Shown here one piece after another: positions 34,503-48,726 of a DNA stretch of 64,000 bases. Under the pieces are notes generated by a model. The model searched no databases, had not been told where the DNA came from, and saw only the letters and a list, made by a program, of their open reading frames with translations. The translations under genes and the position numbers were made by a program. The number at the start of each line of letters is the position of its first letter. Position 1 is the stretch's first letter. Source of the stretch: an uncultured delta proteobacterium (GTDB taxonomy: Bacteria > Myxococcota_A > Polyangia > Palsa-1104); assembly GCA_963785725.1 (NCBI GenBank), contig CAWAWS010000006.1, positions 128,001-192,000 of the forward strand, in the 5' to 3' direction.

Positions 34503-35224
34503 GAGCTCTTCCGAATCAGGGCCTTGCGTCCGGGCGAAGCCAGCGACGGGATCTCCCGCGTCGCCACGCTCGCCGGCGCGGCCGTTTGCGCGTGGGTTTG
34601 CTGCGGTTGCACTGGTTTCGCCGCCATCGGCGCGACCTCGCGGCGCGGCGGCGGCGCCGATCGCGGCGGCTCGCCACCGCGCGCGCTGCGGCTGTACTCG
34701 GTCGGCGCGCTCGGGATCGCGTGCGGCGCGGCTTTGGGCGCGCTCGCCATCGGCTGTTGCGCCGGCTTGGCGGCCTCGATAGGCGCGGGCGCGTGCGACG
34801 CTTTGGCGACGACGGGCGCCGCCGCTTTGACGGCGGGCGCGACCGCAGCCGCAGCCGGCGCCGCCGTCGAAACCGGTGCGGCCGTAGCGGTTGGCGTCGT
34901 CGCGGCCGTCGGCTTCCGCATCATGCGGATGCTGCCTTCGAAGACCGCGCCTTCGTCGATGGCGATGCGCGGCGCCTCGATGTCGCCGGTGACGCGCGCC
35001 GTCGCCGTCAGCCGCACGACGGCGCTGGCGATGACCGAGTGCTCCAATTCGCCGGCGACGATGACGTCGCGGCCGCGCACTTCACCGCCGATCTTGGCGC
35101 CGGCGGCGATGGTCACGAGCGCCTCGCCGTGCACCGGCCCGTCGACGGTTCCGTGGATTTCGAGGTCGTCCTTGCCGCTCAGCGCCCCGGCAATGCGGGT
35201 TCCGGGGGCGATCACCGTTTTCAT
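34499..35224 (-). CDS. Bactofilin (polymer-forming cytoskeletal protein) with long Pro/Ala C-terminal extension
   Basis: TVIAPGTRIAG..LEIHGTVDG..A.VTGDIEAPRIAIDEGAVFEGSIRM. Confidence 0.9.
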   Translation of the reverse strand: MKTVIAPGTRIAGALSGKDDLEIHGTVDGPVHGEALVTIAAGAKIGGEVRGRDVIVAGELEHSVIASAVVRLTATARVTGDIEAPRIAIDEGAVFEGSIRMMRKPTAATTPTATAAPVSTAAPAAAAVAPAVKAAAPVVAKASHAPAPIEAAKPAQQPMASAPKAAPHAIPSAPTEYSRSARGGEPPRSAPPPRREVAPMAAKPVQPQQTHAQTAAPASVATREIPSLASPGRKALIRKSS

Positions 35225-35294
35225 GTGAGCGACGACGCTACCATACCGAACGTTGACCTGCCACCAAGCGAACCCTACAGTCATCGAACGATTG

Positions 35295-36638
35295 ATGGCG
35301 GCCCATAAAGAAGAGAGACCAATCGCGGATATCGCGGAGCTGGTCGCGCATTTCGAAGGCGGCGCCAAGCCGACCTCGGCGCTGAAGATCGGCGTCGAAC
35401 ACGAGAAGGTGGGTGTGCTCAGCGACGGGCGCGCCCCCGATTACGAGACGATCGCCAAGCTGCTCGAGGCGATGGCCTCGCGCGGCTGGAATCGTGTCGA
35501 GGAAGCCGGGCGCCTCATCGCCCTCGAACGGCCCAAGTGCGGCACGATCACGCTGGAGCCGGGTGGGCAGCTGGAGCATTCGGGCGCGCCCTGGCCGACG
35601 GTGACGGCGGCGGTGCGCGACAACGACAAGCACATCGACGAGCTCTTGCCGCTGGCGGCGGCCTTGGGCGTGCGCTTCGTCGGCGTCGGCTTTCGCCCGT
35701 TCGGGACGCTCGACGACGTGCCGTGGATGCCCAAGGGTCGCTATCGCGTCATGCGTCAGTATTTGCCGACGCGCGGCTCGATGGCGCACGAAATGATGAA
35801 GCGTACGACCACGGTGCAAGCCAACCTCGACTACGAGAGCGAGGACGACGCCATGGACAAGCTGCGCGTCGCCATGGGCTTGTCGTCGCTGGTGACGTCG
35901 CTGTTCGCGGCCTCGCCGATGGTCGACGGGCGCGCCGAGCTGACCGACGGGCGCGCCGCCTGGCAGAGCTATCGCGCGCGCGCCTGGCTCGACACCGACA
36001 ACGATCGCTGTGGCCTCTTGCCGTTCGCGTTTTCGGACGCGGCGCGCTTCACCGACTACGTGCAGTGGGCGCTCGATGTGCCGCTCTTTTTCGTCAAGCG
36101 CGACGGCGAGTACAAGCCGGCGCCGGGGGTCACGTTCCGTCGGTTCTTGACGCAAGGTTGGCAAGGCGAGCGCGCATTGCCGAGCGACTGGGAGCTGCAT
36201 TTGTCGACGCTGTTCCCGGAGACGCGGCTCAAGACGTTCGTCGAGGTGCGGCAGGCGGACGCGTCGTCGCGCGAGCTGGTGCGCGCGCTGCCGGCGTTAT
36301 GGCGCGGCGTGCTCTACGACGCGACGGCGCGCCACGACGCCTGGAAGCTCGTCGCCGATTGGTCGCTCGACGAGCGGCTGCGCGTCTACAAAGCGACGCC
36401 GCGGCAAGGCATTCACGGCACGGCGCATGGTCGGCCGATGCAAGCGTGGTGTCGCGAGCTGGTATCGATCGCGCGTGATGGCCTGTCGCGTCTCGATGCC
36501 AGCGAAGAGATGGCGTTGCTCGCGCCGCTCGACAAGATCGCCGAGGAGGGCCGCAGCTTGGCCGACGGCGTCGCCGCCGAGTATCAGCGCGTCGGCGGCG
36601 ACATCGGCCGCATGATCGACTTCCTGCAGCTCCGTTAA
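35295..36638 (+). CDS. gshA: Glutamate--cysteine ligase (GCS2, plant-like type)
   Basis: IGVEHEK, ITLEPGGQLEHSG, WMPKGRY, VQANLD, HLSTLFPETRLK. Confidence 0.92.
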   Translation: MAAHKEERPIADIAELVAHFEGGAKPTSALKIGVEHEKVGVLSDGRAPDYETIAKLLEAMASRGWNRVEEAGRLIALERPKCGTITLEPGGQLEHSGAPWPTVTAAVRDNDKHIDELLPLAAALGVRFVGVGFRPFGTLDDVPWMPKGRYRVMRQYLPTRGSMAHEMMKRTTTVQANLDYESEDDAMDKLRVAMGLSSLVTSLFAASPMVDGRAELTDGRAAWQSYRARAWLDTDNDRCGLLPFAFSDAARFTDYVQWALDVPLFFVKRDGEYKPAPGVTFRRFLTQGWQGERALPSDWELHLSTLFPETRLKTFVEVRQADASSRELVRALPALWRGVLYDATARHDAWKLVADWSLDERLRVYKATPRQGIHGTAHGRPMQAWCRELVSIARDGLSRLDASEEMALLAPLDKIAEEGRSLADGVAAEYQRVGGDIGRMIDFLQLR

Positions 36639-36675
36639 CCTTACGATTCCCGACTACTATCGAAGGCTTACTAAA

Positions 36676-37974
36676 TTAGCGCGGCGGCGTGCCGTTGCGG
36701 TTGCGCCAGCGCGTCAGGATCGCCTCCAGCTGCGTCATCGCTTCGGCGAAGGTCGGCGTCGGCGGCTTGGGCGGCTTCAGCAGCAGGCGCTCGAGCTCGG
36801 CCGTCGCTTCGGCGATGCGCGGCCGGCGCCGCTTGAGCGCGCGCTGCAGCCGCTCCTCGGTCAAGCCCCACGCGGCGGCCAGCTCGTCGAGATCGTCGCG
36901 CGTGCGGCGAAAGCGCGACGACGTCGACGCCGTGAGCGCGATCTCGCGCGTCGTCTCGTACGGCGCGCGCCCGCCGCGCTCTTCGATGGCGATGGGTCGC
37001 GTCTCGCCGCGCCGCTCGGGTATGGGCGCGGTCGCCGTCGCCGCGGCCGGCGTCTCCGGCGGAATCGGCGGCGGCATGCGCGACGCCGACCGCGCGTGCG
37101 CGCTCTCGCGCGTCGGCAGCTGTCCGACGAGCGAGCCTTCGCGCGACGGCAGCTCGCCGTTGGCGCGCGGAAGCGGCGGCGGAATCGGCGGCGGCGCCAT
37201 CTGCCGCGCGAACAGCGGCGACTCGCGCCCGGCCACCGTCTCTTCGTTCGCGTCTGCCAACAGCTGCGGCACCTGCACGCGCTCGGTCGACTCGGCGCCC
37301 GCGATCGCCTCCGGCACGCCCACGCGCGCCGTCGGATCTTCCAAAGGCGCCGGCTTCACCGGCTCGTCGCTGCCACCGGCGCGCGCGAGCATCTCCGGCA
37401 GATCGACGCGCGCCGTGTCCGAGGCTTCGTCGGGCGGCAGCTCGCGCTGCGGCGTCCGCGCGAGCAGCTCGGGCACGTTGACGCGCGCCGTGCGCTCGGG
37501 ATCGTTGGCTTGCCCGTCGAGCGGCGGCGATTCGCTCGTGCGATCGTAGTCGTCGCGCGTGTTGATCATGTGCGCCGACGACACCGGCTGCTGCGGCAGG
37601 TTCACGTTCGGCGACGTCCCGTGATCGGCCCGCCAGCGCAGCGCCCGATCGACGACCGACTGCGAATCGGCGTCGAGGCGCATGAACTTGACGCCCATGC
37701 CGTGCGGCTTGCCCGGCGTCGTCGGATCGTAGTCCTTCGTCCACTGCACCTGACCTTCGCCGCGAATGATCGAGGTGCCGCTCTCGTCGGAGAGCACGAA
37801 CTCGAAGCGCACGTAGGTGCCGATTGGCTTGGGCGACTTGGTGGCGATGAAGATGCCGCCGCGCGAGATGTTCACCGCGTACTTCTGGATGAACGTGTCG
37901 ATGTCGGGGTACTTGAGCTTGATGCGCATCGACGCCGTTTGGCGATCGCCGACGCGACTATCCTGACCTGCCAC
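36676..37974 (-). CDS. TIGR02266 (myxobacterial PilZ-like) domain protein
   Basis: FIQKYAVNISRGGIFIAT..GEGQVQW..GMGVKF followed by a disordered region. Confidence 0.88.
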   Translation of the reverse strand: MAGQDSRVGDRQTASMRIKLKYPDIDTFIQKYAVNISRGGIFIATKSPKPIGTYVRFEFVLSDESGTSIIRGEGQVQWTKDYDPTTPGKPHGMGVKFMRLDADSQSVVDRALRWRADHGTSPNVNLPQQPVSSAHMINTRDDYDRTSESPPLDGQANDPERTARVNVPELLARTPQRELPPDEASDTARVDLPEMLARAGGSDEPVKPAPLEDPTARVGVPEAIAGAESTERVQVPQLLADANEETVAGRESPLFARQMAPPPIPPPLPRANGELPSREGSLVGQLPTRESAHARSASRMPPPIPPETPAAATATAPIPERRGETRPIAIEERGGRAPYETTREIALTASTSSRFRRTRDDLDELAAAWGLTEERLQRALKRRRPRIAEATAELERLLLKPPKPPTPTFAEAMTQLEAILTRWRNRNGTPPR

Positions 37975-38213
37975 GTGGCCACTATATCATCAGCGGCAAC
38001 GGCGCCAGCAGCACAGTTTGCGGCGTGCCCGCGTCACGAAGTTGGCGTTTTGCGCGGCGAAGCGGGGGAGCGAATGTCGTGCGAAATGCGTACGACGACG
38101 TTGCGCTGGCTGTCCGGCTCGAATCCGGGTGCGGCTTGGTCGGGCTGCTCGCCGGCGCGAGTCGGGTCGCCCGCGTGCCGCCGGCCGCGTCATGTGTGTT
38201 CGTGCGTCGGCGA

Positions 38214-42339
<4,126 letters not shown>

Positions 42340-42359
42340 CGTGGCTCTATCTCTAGTCG

Positions 42360-43532
42360 CTATCGTCTGCGGTCGAGCTCGAGTGGAATGTCGGTCGCGT
42401 CGCGCGTCGGCGCCTCTTGGCGTTGCGCCCCCGCTTGGTTGATCTGCTGATCGCCTTTGGACACGCCGCGGAACTGTAGCGCAAAATCGTCCGGCGTCGT
42501 CGAAGTGCTGAGCGCCGTTTCGTAGGTAATCAATTGACGCATCACCAAATCCGCGAGGCTCTGGTCGAACGTCATCATTCCGTAAGGATTGCGGCCGTTG
42601 GCGATGGCGTCGCGGATCTCGCGCGTGCGCTTGGGATCCTCGAGCAGCTCGCGCACGCGGCCGGTCATGACCAGGATCTCGACCGCCGGCACCATGCCCT
42701 TGCCGTCGGCGCGCGGCACCAAGCGCTGCGAGACGACGCCTTTTAGGACCGCCGCCAACGCCAGGCGAATCTGCGCCTGCTGATGCGGCGGGAACATGCC
42801 GATGATGCGGTTCACCGTCTCCACCGCGTCCAGCGTATGGAGCGTCGACATGACCAAGTGGCCGGTCTCGGACGCGTGCAGCGCCGTCTCGATCGTCTCT
42901 TCGTCACGCATTTCGCCGACGAGGATGACGTCGGGATCCTGCCGCAACGCCGCGCGCAGCGCCGACGAGAACGACTCGGCATCGAAGCCGATCTCGCGCT
43001 GATTGACCACCGAGCGCCGATCGCGATGCATGAACTCGATCGGATCTTCGACGGTGATGATGTGGCTCGCGCGCTGCCGATTGATGTGATCGATCATCGC
43101 CGCCAGCGTCGTCGACTTGCCCGACCCGGTGATTCCCGTGACCAGGATGAGCCCGCGCTCTTCCTCGCACATCTTTTGCACGGCCGGCGGCAGGTTCAGC
43201 TTGTCGAACCCCGGCACTTCCGGCGGGATGATGCGCAAGACCATCCCCGTCTGCCCGCGCTGCTTGAAGACGTTGACGCGATAACGCACGCCATCCGGCG
43301 TCCCGTAGCTCAAGTCGGCGTCGTGATGGATGTCGAACTGCGCCCGCTGCTTGTCGTTCATGAGGTTGACGGCGAATGTTCCGATGACCTCGGCCGTCAA
43401 AGGAGGCGTGTCACGCAGCGTGCGCAGATCGCCTTTGATGCGAAAGACCGGTGGCAGCCCCGACTTCAAGTGCACGTCCGACGCACCCAGCTGGCGGGCC
43501 GCTCCGAGCACGTGGTCGAGAATCTGGTTCAT
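42360..43532 (-). CDS. pilT: PilT/PilU-family type IV pilus retraction ATPase (paralog)
   Basis: ASDVHL, GITGSGKSTT, ITVEDPIE, DPDVILVGEMRD, TGHLVMSTLHT; lacks the canonical AIRNLIRE. Confidence 0.88.
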   Translation of the reverse strand: MNQILDHVLGAARQLGASDVHLKSGLPPVFRIKGDLRTLRDTPPLTAEVIGTFAVNLMNDKQRAQFDIHHDADLSYGTPDGVRYRVNVFKQRGQTGMVLRIIPPEVPGFDKLNLPPAVQKMCEEERGLILVTGITGSGKSTTLAAMIDHINRQRASHIITVEDPIEFMHRDRRSVVNQREIGFDAESFSSALRAALRQDPDVILVGEMRDEETIETALHASETGHLVMSTLHTLDAVETVNRIIGMFPPHQQAQIRLALAAVLKGVVSQRLVPRADGKGMVPAVEILVMTGRVRELLEDPKRTREIRDAIANGRNPYGMMTFDQSLADLVMRQLITYETALSTSTTPDDFALQFRGVSKGDQQINQAGAQRQEAPTRDATDIPLELDRRR

Positions 43533-43572
43533 GGCTCCATCGTAGCGCATCATGCTACGATTTCGCTACTCT

Positions 43573-44673
43573 ATGTCTGACTTCCGCTGCCCGCACTGCC
43601 GCACGGCGCTGCCGGAGAAGGCGACGTTTTGCGCGGCCTGCGGCCGCCGCATCGAAGGCTGGAGCGCGGCGCCCGCCGACGTCACGCCGGCCGTGAATCC
43701 CGGCGCCGACGCGCTGGCCGGCGACGACGCCGCGACGCGGCAAGTGGAGCCGACCCCGTCGCTGATGCGGGCGGTGGCGCTGTCGAAGCAGCGCGATCGG
43801 CACGCGCCGCGCTGGTGGATCGCGGTCGGCATGCTGGTGGTGGCGTTGACGGGCGGGACGGCGGCGTTCTTCGCCGTGCGGCTGCACAAGCAGTCGCAGC
43901 CGCGGCCGCTGACGATGGTGGCGCAAGAGCCCGATCCCGTCGACGAGCCGGCGCCGGCGCCGCTGCCGAGTGTGCCGCCCGTCGCCACGCCGCAACCGGT
44001 GGCGCCGCCGGCGATGACGAAGCCGCAGCCGCCGAAGACGGTCGCCAAAGTGGCGACGACGCCGAAGCCGCAGCCGGCGAAGCCGCACCCGATCGCGAAG
44101 GTGACGACGGCGAAAGCGGCCGGGCCGACGCATTTGGCGGCGCCGAAGGTGCCGCACGCGGCCCTGCCGGCCGGCAACGGCTTGCCGCACAAAGCGGTGC
44201 ACACCGACTCGCAGTCGATCGCGCAGCTGACGGTGAAGCAGCAGAAGCTGGCGGCGGTGCAGGCGAAACAGGAGCAGCAGCAGGCCACGACGCAGTCGCC
44301 GGCGGCGAATCCGCAGCTGCAGCTGCCGACGGTCGCGCACGAAACCAGCGAGACGGCGGCCGACGACCGCGCCGAAGCGCAAGCGAGCCTCGACGCCGAC
44401 GGTGTCCGCTTCGTCGTCAAGACGCACCTGCCGCAAGTGCGCGCTTGTTACGGTCGCGCCTTCAAGGACGCGTCGCCCGGCGGCACCGTCGAGGTCGGCT
44501 TCGCCATCGACGGCAACGGCCGCGCCAAGAACGTCCGCACCGAGCGCAACAGCACCGACTCCGAGCCGCTGGCGCGCTGTCTCGAGACGCGCGTCAAGGA
44601 GTGGCAGTTCCCGCGCTCCGTCGGTGGTGACTTCGAGCTCATCTACCCGTTCGTGTTCGCGCCAGGAAGCTGA
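43573..44673 (+). CDS. Zinc-ribbon, TM, AgmX/PglI (TonB-C-like) C-terminal domain protein
   Basis: CPHC..FCAACG, TM segment, Pro-rich linker, VRACY..GTVEVGFAIDGNG..CL..WQFP..YPFVF. Confidence 0.85.
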   Translation: MSDFRCPHCRTALPEKATFCAACGRRIEGWSAAPADVTPAVNPGADALAGDDAATRQVEPTPSLMRAVALSKQRDRHAPRWWIAVGMLVVALTGGTAAFFAVRLHKQSQPRPLTMVAQEPDPVDEPAPAPLPSVPPVATPQPVAPPAMTKPQPPKTVAKVATTPKPQPAKPHPIAKVTTAKAAGPTHLAAPKVPHAALPAGNGLPHKAVHTDSQSIAQLTVKQQKLAAVQAKQEQQQATTQSPAANPQLQLPTVAHETSETAADDRAEAQASLDADGVRFVVKTHLPQVRACYGRAFKDASPGGTVEVGFAIDGNGRAKNVRTERNSTDSEPLARCLETRVKEWQFPRSVGGDFELIYPFVFAPGS

Positions 44674-44693
44674 AGCTGATATTGTAACGGCCT

Positions 44694-45704
44694 ATGGCCG
44701 AAGCCGACGGACAAGAGGTCTTGGTCGTCGACACCGACGAGCGAGTCCAGCGCGGCATGACGCAGATGCTGACCGACAATGGGCTCGTGCCGACGGTGGT
44801 CTCCGATCCAGCCCGAGCGCGCGAGCTGGCGCGCGACAAGTACTTCGCGGTGGCGCTGCTCGACATCGACACGCCCGCGCCCAACGGCGGCATCGAGCTC
44901 GTGCGCTGGTTCAAAGAGCACGCGCCGACGACGTCGACGATCATGATGGCCTCGCGCAAGCTCTACGAATCGGCGGTCGACGCCTTTCGCGCCGGCGCCG
45001 CGGACATGATCGTGAAGTCGCCCGATCAAGTGCAGTATCTGCGGCAGCGCACGGTCGAGCTGGCGGCGGGCGTGCAAAAGACGGTGACCGACGATCGCCT
45101 GATGCAAGAGGTGATCGGCGTGCACGAGGATTTCCTGCGCCGCTTGATGGATTCGTCGCGGCGCACGGCCGAACTCGAAGAGCAGGTCGGCGGCGGCTCG
45201 CATCCGTCGGCCGCGGACGAAGAGTGCGCGCTGCTCGTCGTCGAAGAGGACGGCTGGCTGGCCAAGCAGCTCGGCGAGTCGCTGGCGGCGCGCGGCGGCT
45301 ACGCGGTCGTGACGACGTCGACGGGCGGCGAAGCGATCGATCGCGCCGGCGGACGCAACTTCCAGATCGCGATCGTGCGCGATTCGCTGCCCGATCTGCC
45401 GGGGACGATGGTGATCTCGGCGTTGAAAGGGCAGTCGCAGGAGACGCTGACGATCTTGTATTCGCGGCCGGGCGCGCAGCCGGGCAAGGCCGACGTCATC
45501 GAAGGCTCGAAGACCATCCCGCTCGTGCCCGAATTTTCGCAGGCGCAGCAGATGGTCGAGCGCATCGACGAGCTGCGCGAAGCCTTCCGTCGCAAGTCGC
45601 GTGAGCGGCGCTATCTAGCTGCATTTCGTCAGGAAAACTACGAGCTCTTGCGCCGCTACGCCGACATGAAGATTCGGCTGCAGCGCGCCTCTCAGAAGAC
45701 CTGA
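44694..45704 (+). CDS. Tandem receiver-domain response regulator without DNA-binding output
   Basis: REC1 (VLVVDTD, ALLDID), coiled linker, REC2 (LLVVEED, IAIVRDSLPD). Confidence 0.85.
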   Translation: MAEADGQEVLVVDTDERVQRGMTQMLTDNGLVPTVVSDPARARELARDKYFAVALLDIDTPAPNGGIELVRWFKEHAPTTSTIMMASRKLYESAVDAFRAGAADMIVKSPDQVQYLRQRTVELAAGVQKTVTDDRLMQEVIGVHEDFLRRLMDSSRRTAELEEQVGGGSHPSAADEECALLVVEEDGWLAKQLGESLAARGGYAVVTTSTGGEAIDRAGGRNFQIAIVRDSLPDLPGTMVISALKGQSQETLTILYSRPGAQPGKADVIEGSKTIPLVPEFSQAQQMVERIDELREAFRRKSRERRYLAAFRQENYELLRRYADMKIRLQRASQKT

Positions 45705-45711
45705 CGGCGAC

Positions 45712-45993
45712 TTAGTCGTCTTCGGCGCGCCACACTTCGGCGCCGAGGATCTGCGGCTTGTCGGTCGGATCGAGATCGACGAGGAGCGGCATCGTCGTCG
45801 CGTCGCCGCCTTTTTTGTCGAACATGCCGACGCCGCGCACGACGCCCGTGCGCGCCGGCCCTTTGCCGCCGCGCAACTCCACGCGGTCGCCGACGGCGAC
45901 GCCGGGGTTGTCGCGATTGACGCCGGGCACGAGCACCCAGCCGTTGCCGCGCACGTTGAAGGCGTCGAAGACGCGAAAGAGCCAGCGCGCCAT
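45712..45993 (-). CDS. Small stand-alone EF-Tu domain II-like beta-barrel protein (93 aa)
   Basis: ATG overlaps the hpt stop (TAATG); FRVFDAFNVRGNG..VGDRVELRG..VRGVGMFDK aligns by eye with domain II of tuf in this window. Confidence 0.72.
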   Translation of the reverse strand: MARWLFRVFDAFNVRGNGWVLVPGVNRDNPGVAVGDRVELRGGKGPARTGVVRGVGMFDKKGGDATTMPLLVDLDPTDKPQILGAEVWRAEDD

Positions 45994-46517
45994 TATTCGC
46001 TGAGGACGCCGATATACGGGAGATTGCGGTAGTTCTGCGCGTAATCGAGCCCGTAACCGACGACGAACAGGTCGGGAATCGTGAAGCCGAGATAGTCGAT
46101 CGTGCACGGCTTCTTCATGCGCGACGGCTTGTGCAAGAGCGCGCACAGCCGCACCGACGCCGGATGGCGCGTCCGCAAATTCTCCAGCAGATACTCCATC
46201 GTCAGCCCGGTATCGACGATGTCCTCGACGATGAGCACGTGCTTGCCGTCGATGGGCTTGGTCAGATCGAACGTGATCTGCACGACGCCCGATGACGACG
46301 TCTCGTCGCCGTAGCTCTGCACGCCCAAGAACTCGACGCGCATGTCGTTCTTGACGATGGCGCGCGCCAAGTCGGCCATGAAGATGAACGAGCCCTTCAA
46401 CACACCGACGAGCACCAGCTCCTTGTCGGCGTAATCACGCGTAATCTGCGCGCCCAATTCGGCGCAGCGGGCGGCGATCTGGGCCGCCGAGATCTGCTCA
46501 TGAATCTGCTTGTTCAT
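45993..46517 (-). CDS. hpt: Hypoxanthine phosphoribosyltransferase
   Basis: [42 protein letters not shown]. Confidence 0.96.
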   Translation of the reverse strand: MNKQIHEQISAAQIAARCAELGAQITRDYADKELVLVGVLKGSFIFMADLARAIVKNDMRVEFLGVQSYGDETSSSGVVQITFDLTKPIDGKHVLIVEDIVDTGLTMEYLLENLRTRHPASVRLCALLHKPSRMKKPCTIDYLGFTIPDLFVVGYGLDYAQNYRNLPYIGVLSE

Positions 46518-46523
46518 TGTTCC

Positions 46524-47375
46524 TCACACGAAGCTGTTGTTCATGATCTCGCCCAAGCCGCCGCCGCCGGGCACGATGTAATGCTTCTCGGTCAAGCCGC
46601 GCTCGTCGTCCCAGCGCTCGCCCGGCACCGTCTGCAGCACGTCCGCCGGCGACAGCCCGCGATCGAGCCGGAGCGCGTAGACGCTCACTTCCGGGTGCTT
46701 CTTCGTCACGTGCCGCAAGTATTCGGGCGTGATGATGAGGTGCACGGCGATGATCTTCTCCGGTCGCCCGTAGGTCTCGGCGCCGTATTGCTCGATGACC
46801 TTGGAGATCGTCGCGCCGGTGGCGCCCATCGGATCGGGAATGAGCAGCATGGCGCCGTCGATGGGCCCGCCGATCTTCGACGCGTAGAGCCCGGCGCCGG
46901 TCACGCCGCCCTGCGCGTCGACGGTGCGCCCGAGCGCCAGATGATCTTGGCGAACGCCTTCCGGCTGTAACACTTGGTTCAAGAAGTCGTAGGTGTTCTG
47001 CGACGGCAACAGGCCCGCGCGCGCCACGGCCACGACCACCGCCGGCGTCGCGGCGGCGATGGCGTCGCCGCGCCAGACCCCGCGCGGCGTCACGTCGATC
47101 ATGCGCGTCGGCACCGCCATCGGCTCGCGCGGAAACTCCGCGGCGACGACCTCGTGCACCAGCATGCGGTACAGCTCACCGACGAGCCGATTGATCTCCG
47201 GCTGCACCGTGCCTTTGGCGCACAGCCGCGCCAGCATCGCCAGCGACAGCGGATCGGCGAGGATGTGCACGCGCTCGCCGTAGCGATGCACGATCTCGCA
47301 CGGACGATAGGGCACACTCTTGAACTGCACGTCGGCCGAGAGCTTGGCCTCGGCCGTTGTTGCGGGCGGCGTCAT
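46524..47375 (-). CDS. upp: Uracil phosphoribosyltransferase-like protein (myxobacterial type)
   Basis: VAVARAGL, IPDPMGATG, YIVPGGGGLGE. Confidence 0.8.
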   Translation of the reverse strand: MTPPATTAEAKLSADVQFKSVPYRPCEIVHRYGERVHILADPLSLAMLARLCAKGTVQPEINRLVGELYRMLVHEVVAAEFPREPMAVPTRMIDVTPRGVWRGDAIAAATPAVVVAVARAGLLPSQNTYDFLNQVLQPEGVRQDHLALGRTVDAQGGVTGAGLYASKIGGPIDGAMLLIPDPMGATGATISKVIEQYGAETYGRPEKIIAVHLIITPEYLRHVTKKHPEVSVYALRLDRGLSPADVLQTVPGERWDDERGLTEKHYIVPGGGGLGEIMNNSFV

Positions 47376-47386
47376 CGCCGCGGATG

Positions 47387-48616
47387 CTACTTCGACCACA
47401 TCGCCGGATCCAGCGCTACGTCTTTGTCGACGTTGATGACGTCCACGTGCACCTTGTAATGCTCGTTCGTGTTGTCGATGTCGAAGCGCGTCTTGGTCTC
47501 GCGCACCTTCAACCCCGGCTCCTCGACGATGACCTCTTCGCCGACGCGACCGATGTGCCGCTCGGGCGGCCGCGGCAGGAGATCGTAGGTCGCCTCCAGA
47601 TCGCGCACCAGCGACTCCAAGATGCGTCCCATCGTCGGATCGTTGGGATCGCGCAGCGACTGCACGATGTTCACTTGGCCATTGACGACGATGACGTCGA
47701 ACAGCGTAATTCCCGCGGGTCCGAGCGCGCGCAGCCGAAAACGATCGGGCCGCTGCACCGCCAGTAAGCCGCGGATCGTCTTGGTCTCGACGCCGGACGC
47801 GGTCTTGACCTCGATGCGCACCTGATGCTCGGCGCGCATGGTCCGCCACGACTGCGTCACCGGCATCACCGGCGCCGAGCCATGCACGGGAACGACCTTG
47901 CCCGGCGCGTGCGCCGAGGTCGCGCAGCCGAGCGTCAAAAGCGAAGCCGCGAGCAGCAGCGACCACAGCGGCGAGAAGAACACGAGCTTGATGACGCGCA
48001 TCGTGTCGCGAAAGCCATGAAAGTGAGTCACGCGATTGGGACCATAGATCGTTCGAATCGGGACTTCCACCAAAGGCAGCTTCATCTTCGCCGCACGCAA
48101 CAGCAGCTCCGCCTCGGTATCGAACTTCGTCGAGCGCAGCGGCACAGCGAACAGCGCCCGCGGATAGACGCGATAGCCCGACTGCGTGTCGCGATAATTC
48201 TGCCCGGCGAAGCGCGAGATCCACCACGTCGAGATGCGATTGCCGATGCGGCTGCGGCGCGGCATGTCCTCGGCCGCGAAGCTGCGCACGCCGATGACGA
48301 GCGCCTGCGGTGACGCGTCGTGCGCCGCGCGTAACGCGGGAATCTCGGCCGGATCATGCTGTCCGTCGGCATCCATCGTCAGGACGGCGTCGACGTCGTG
48401 ACGCGCGGCCCAGGCAAAGCCGCTCGCCAGCGCCGCGCCTTTGCCGCGATTGCCGGGATGGCGCAGCACCGTCGCGCCGGCGGCTTCCGCCACTTTGCCC
48501 GAGTCGTCGCGCGAGCCATCGTCGACGACGACGACGTCGAGCCCGGCCGCGCGCGCGCCGCGAACGACCGCGCCGACCGTCGCCGCGCCTTCGTAGCAGG
48601 GAACGACGACGATCAT
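47387..48616 (-). CDS. GT2 glycosyltransferase fused to a lipoprotein-like LolA/LolB/DUF3261-type domain
   Basis: VVPCYE, VDDGSRD, NRGKGAA, MDADGQH, DTQSGYRVY; then LLTLGC and RPDRFRLRALGPAGITLFDV. Confidence 0.8.
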   Translation of the reverse strand: MIVVVPCYEGAATVGAVVRGARAAGLDVVVVDDGSRDDSGKVAEAAGATVLRHPGNRGKGAALASGFAWAARHDVDAVLTMDADGQHDPAEIPALRAAHDASPQALVIGVRSFAAEDMPRRSRIGNRISTWWISRFAGQNYRDTQSGYRVYPRALFAVPLRSTKFDTEAELLLRAAKMKLPLVEVPIRTIYGPNRVTHFHGFRDTMRVIKLVFFSPLWSLLLAASLLTLGCATSAHAPGKVVPVHGSAPVMPVTQSWRTMRAEHQVRIEVKTASGVETKTIRGLLAVQRPDRFRLRALGPAGITLFDVIVVNGQVNIVQSLRDPNDPTMGRILESLVRDLEATYDLLPRPPERHIGRVGEEVIVEEPGLKVRETKTRFDIDNTNEHYKVHVDVINVDKDVALDPAMWSK

Positions 48617-48726
48617 GACCGCTTCCGTGACGTTTGCGTGCCGCTGCCGGCGCGCGTCAGGCTCTTCATGCCTCCCGCATAACAGGAATCGGCAGCGACG
48701 TCACGGTCAGGCCCGCGCGCCGTCGA

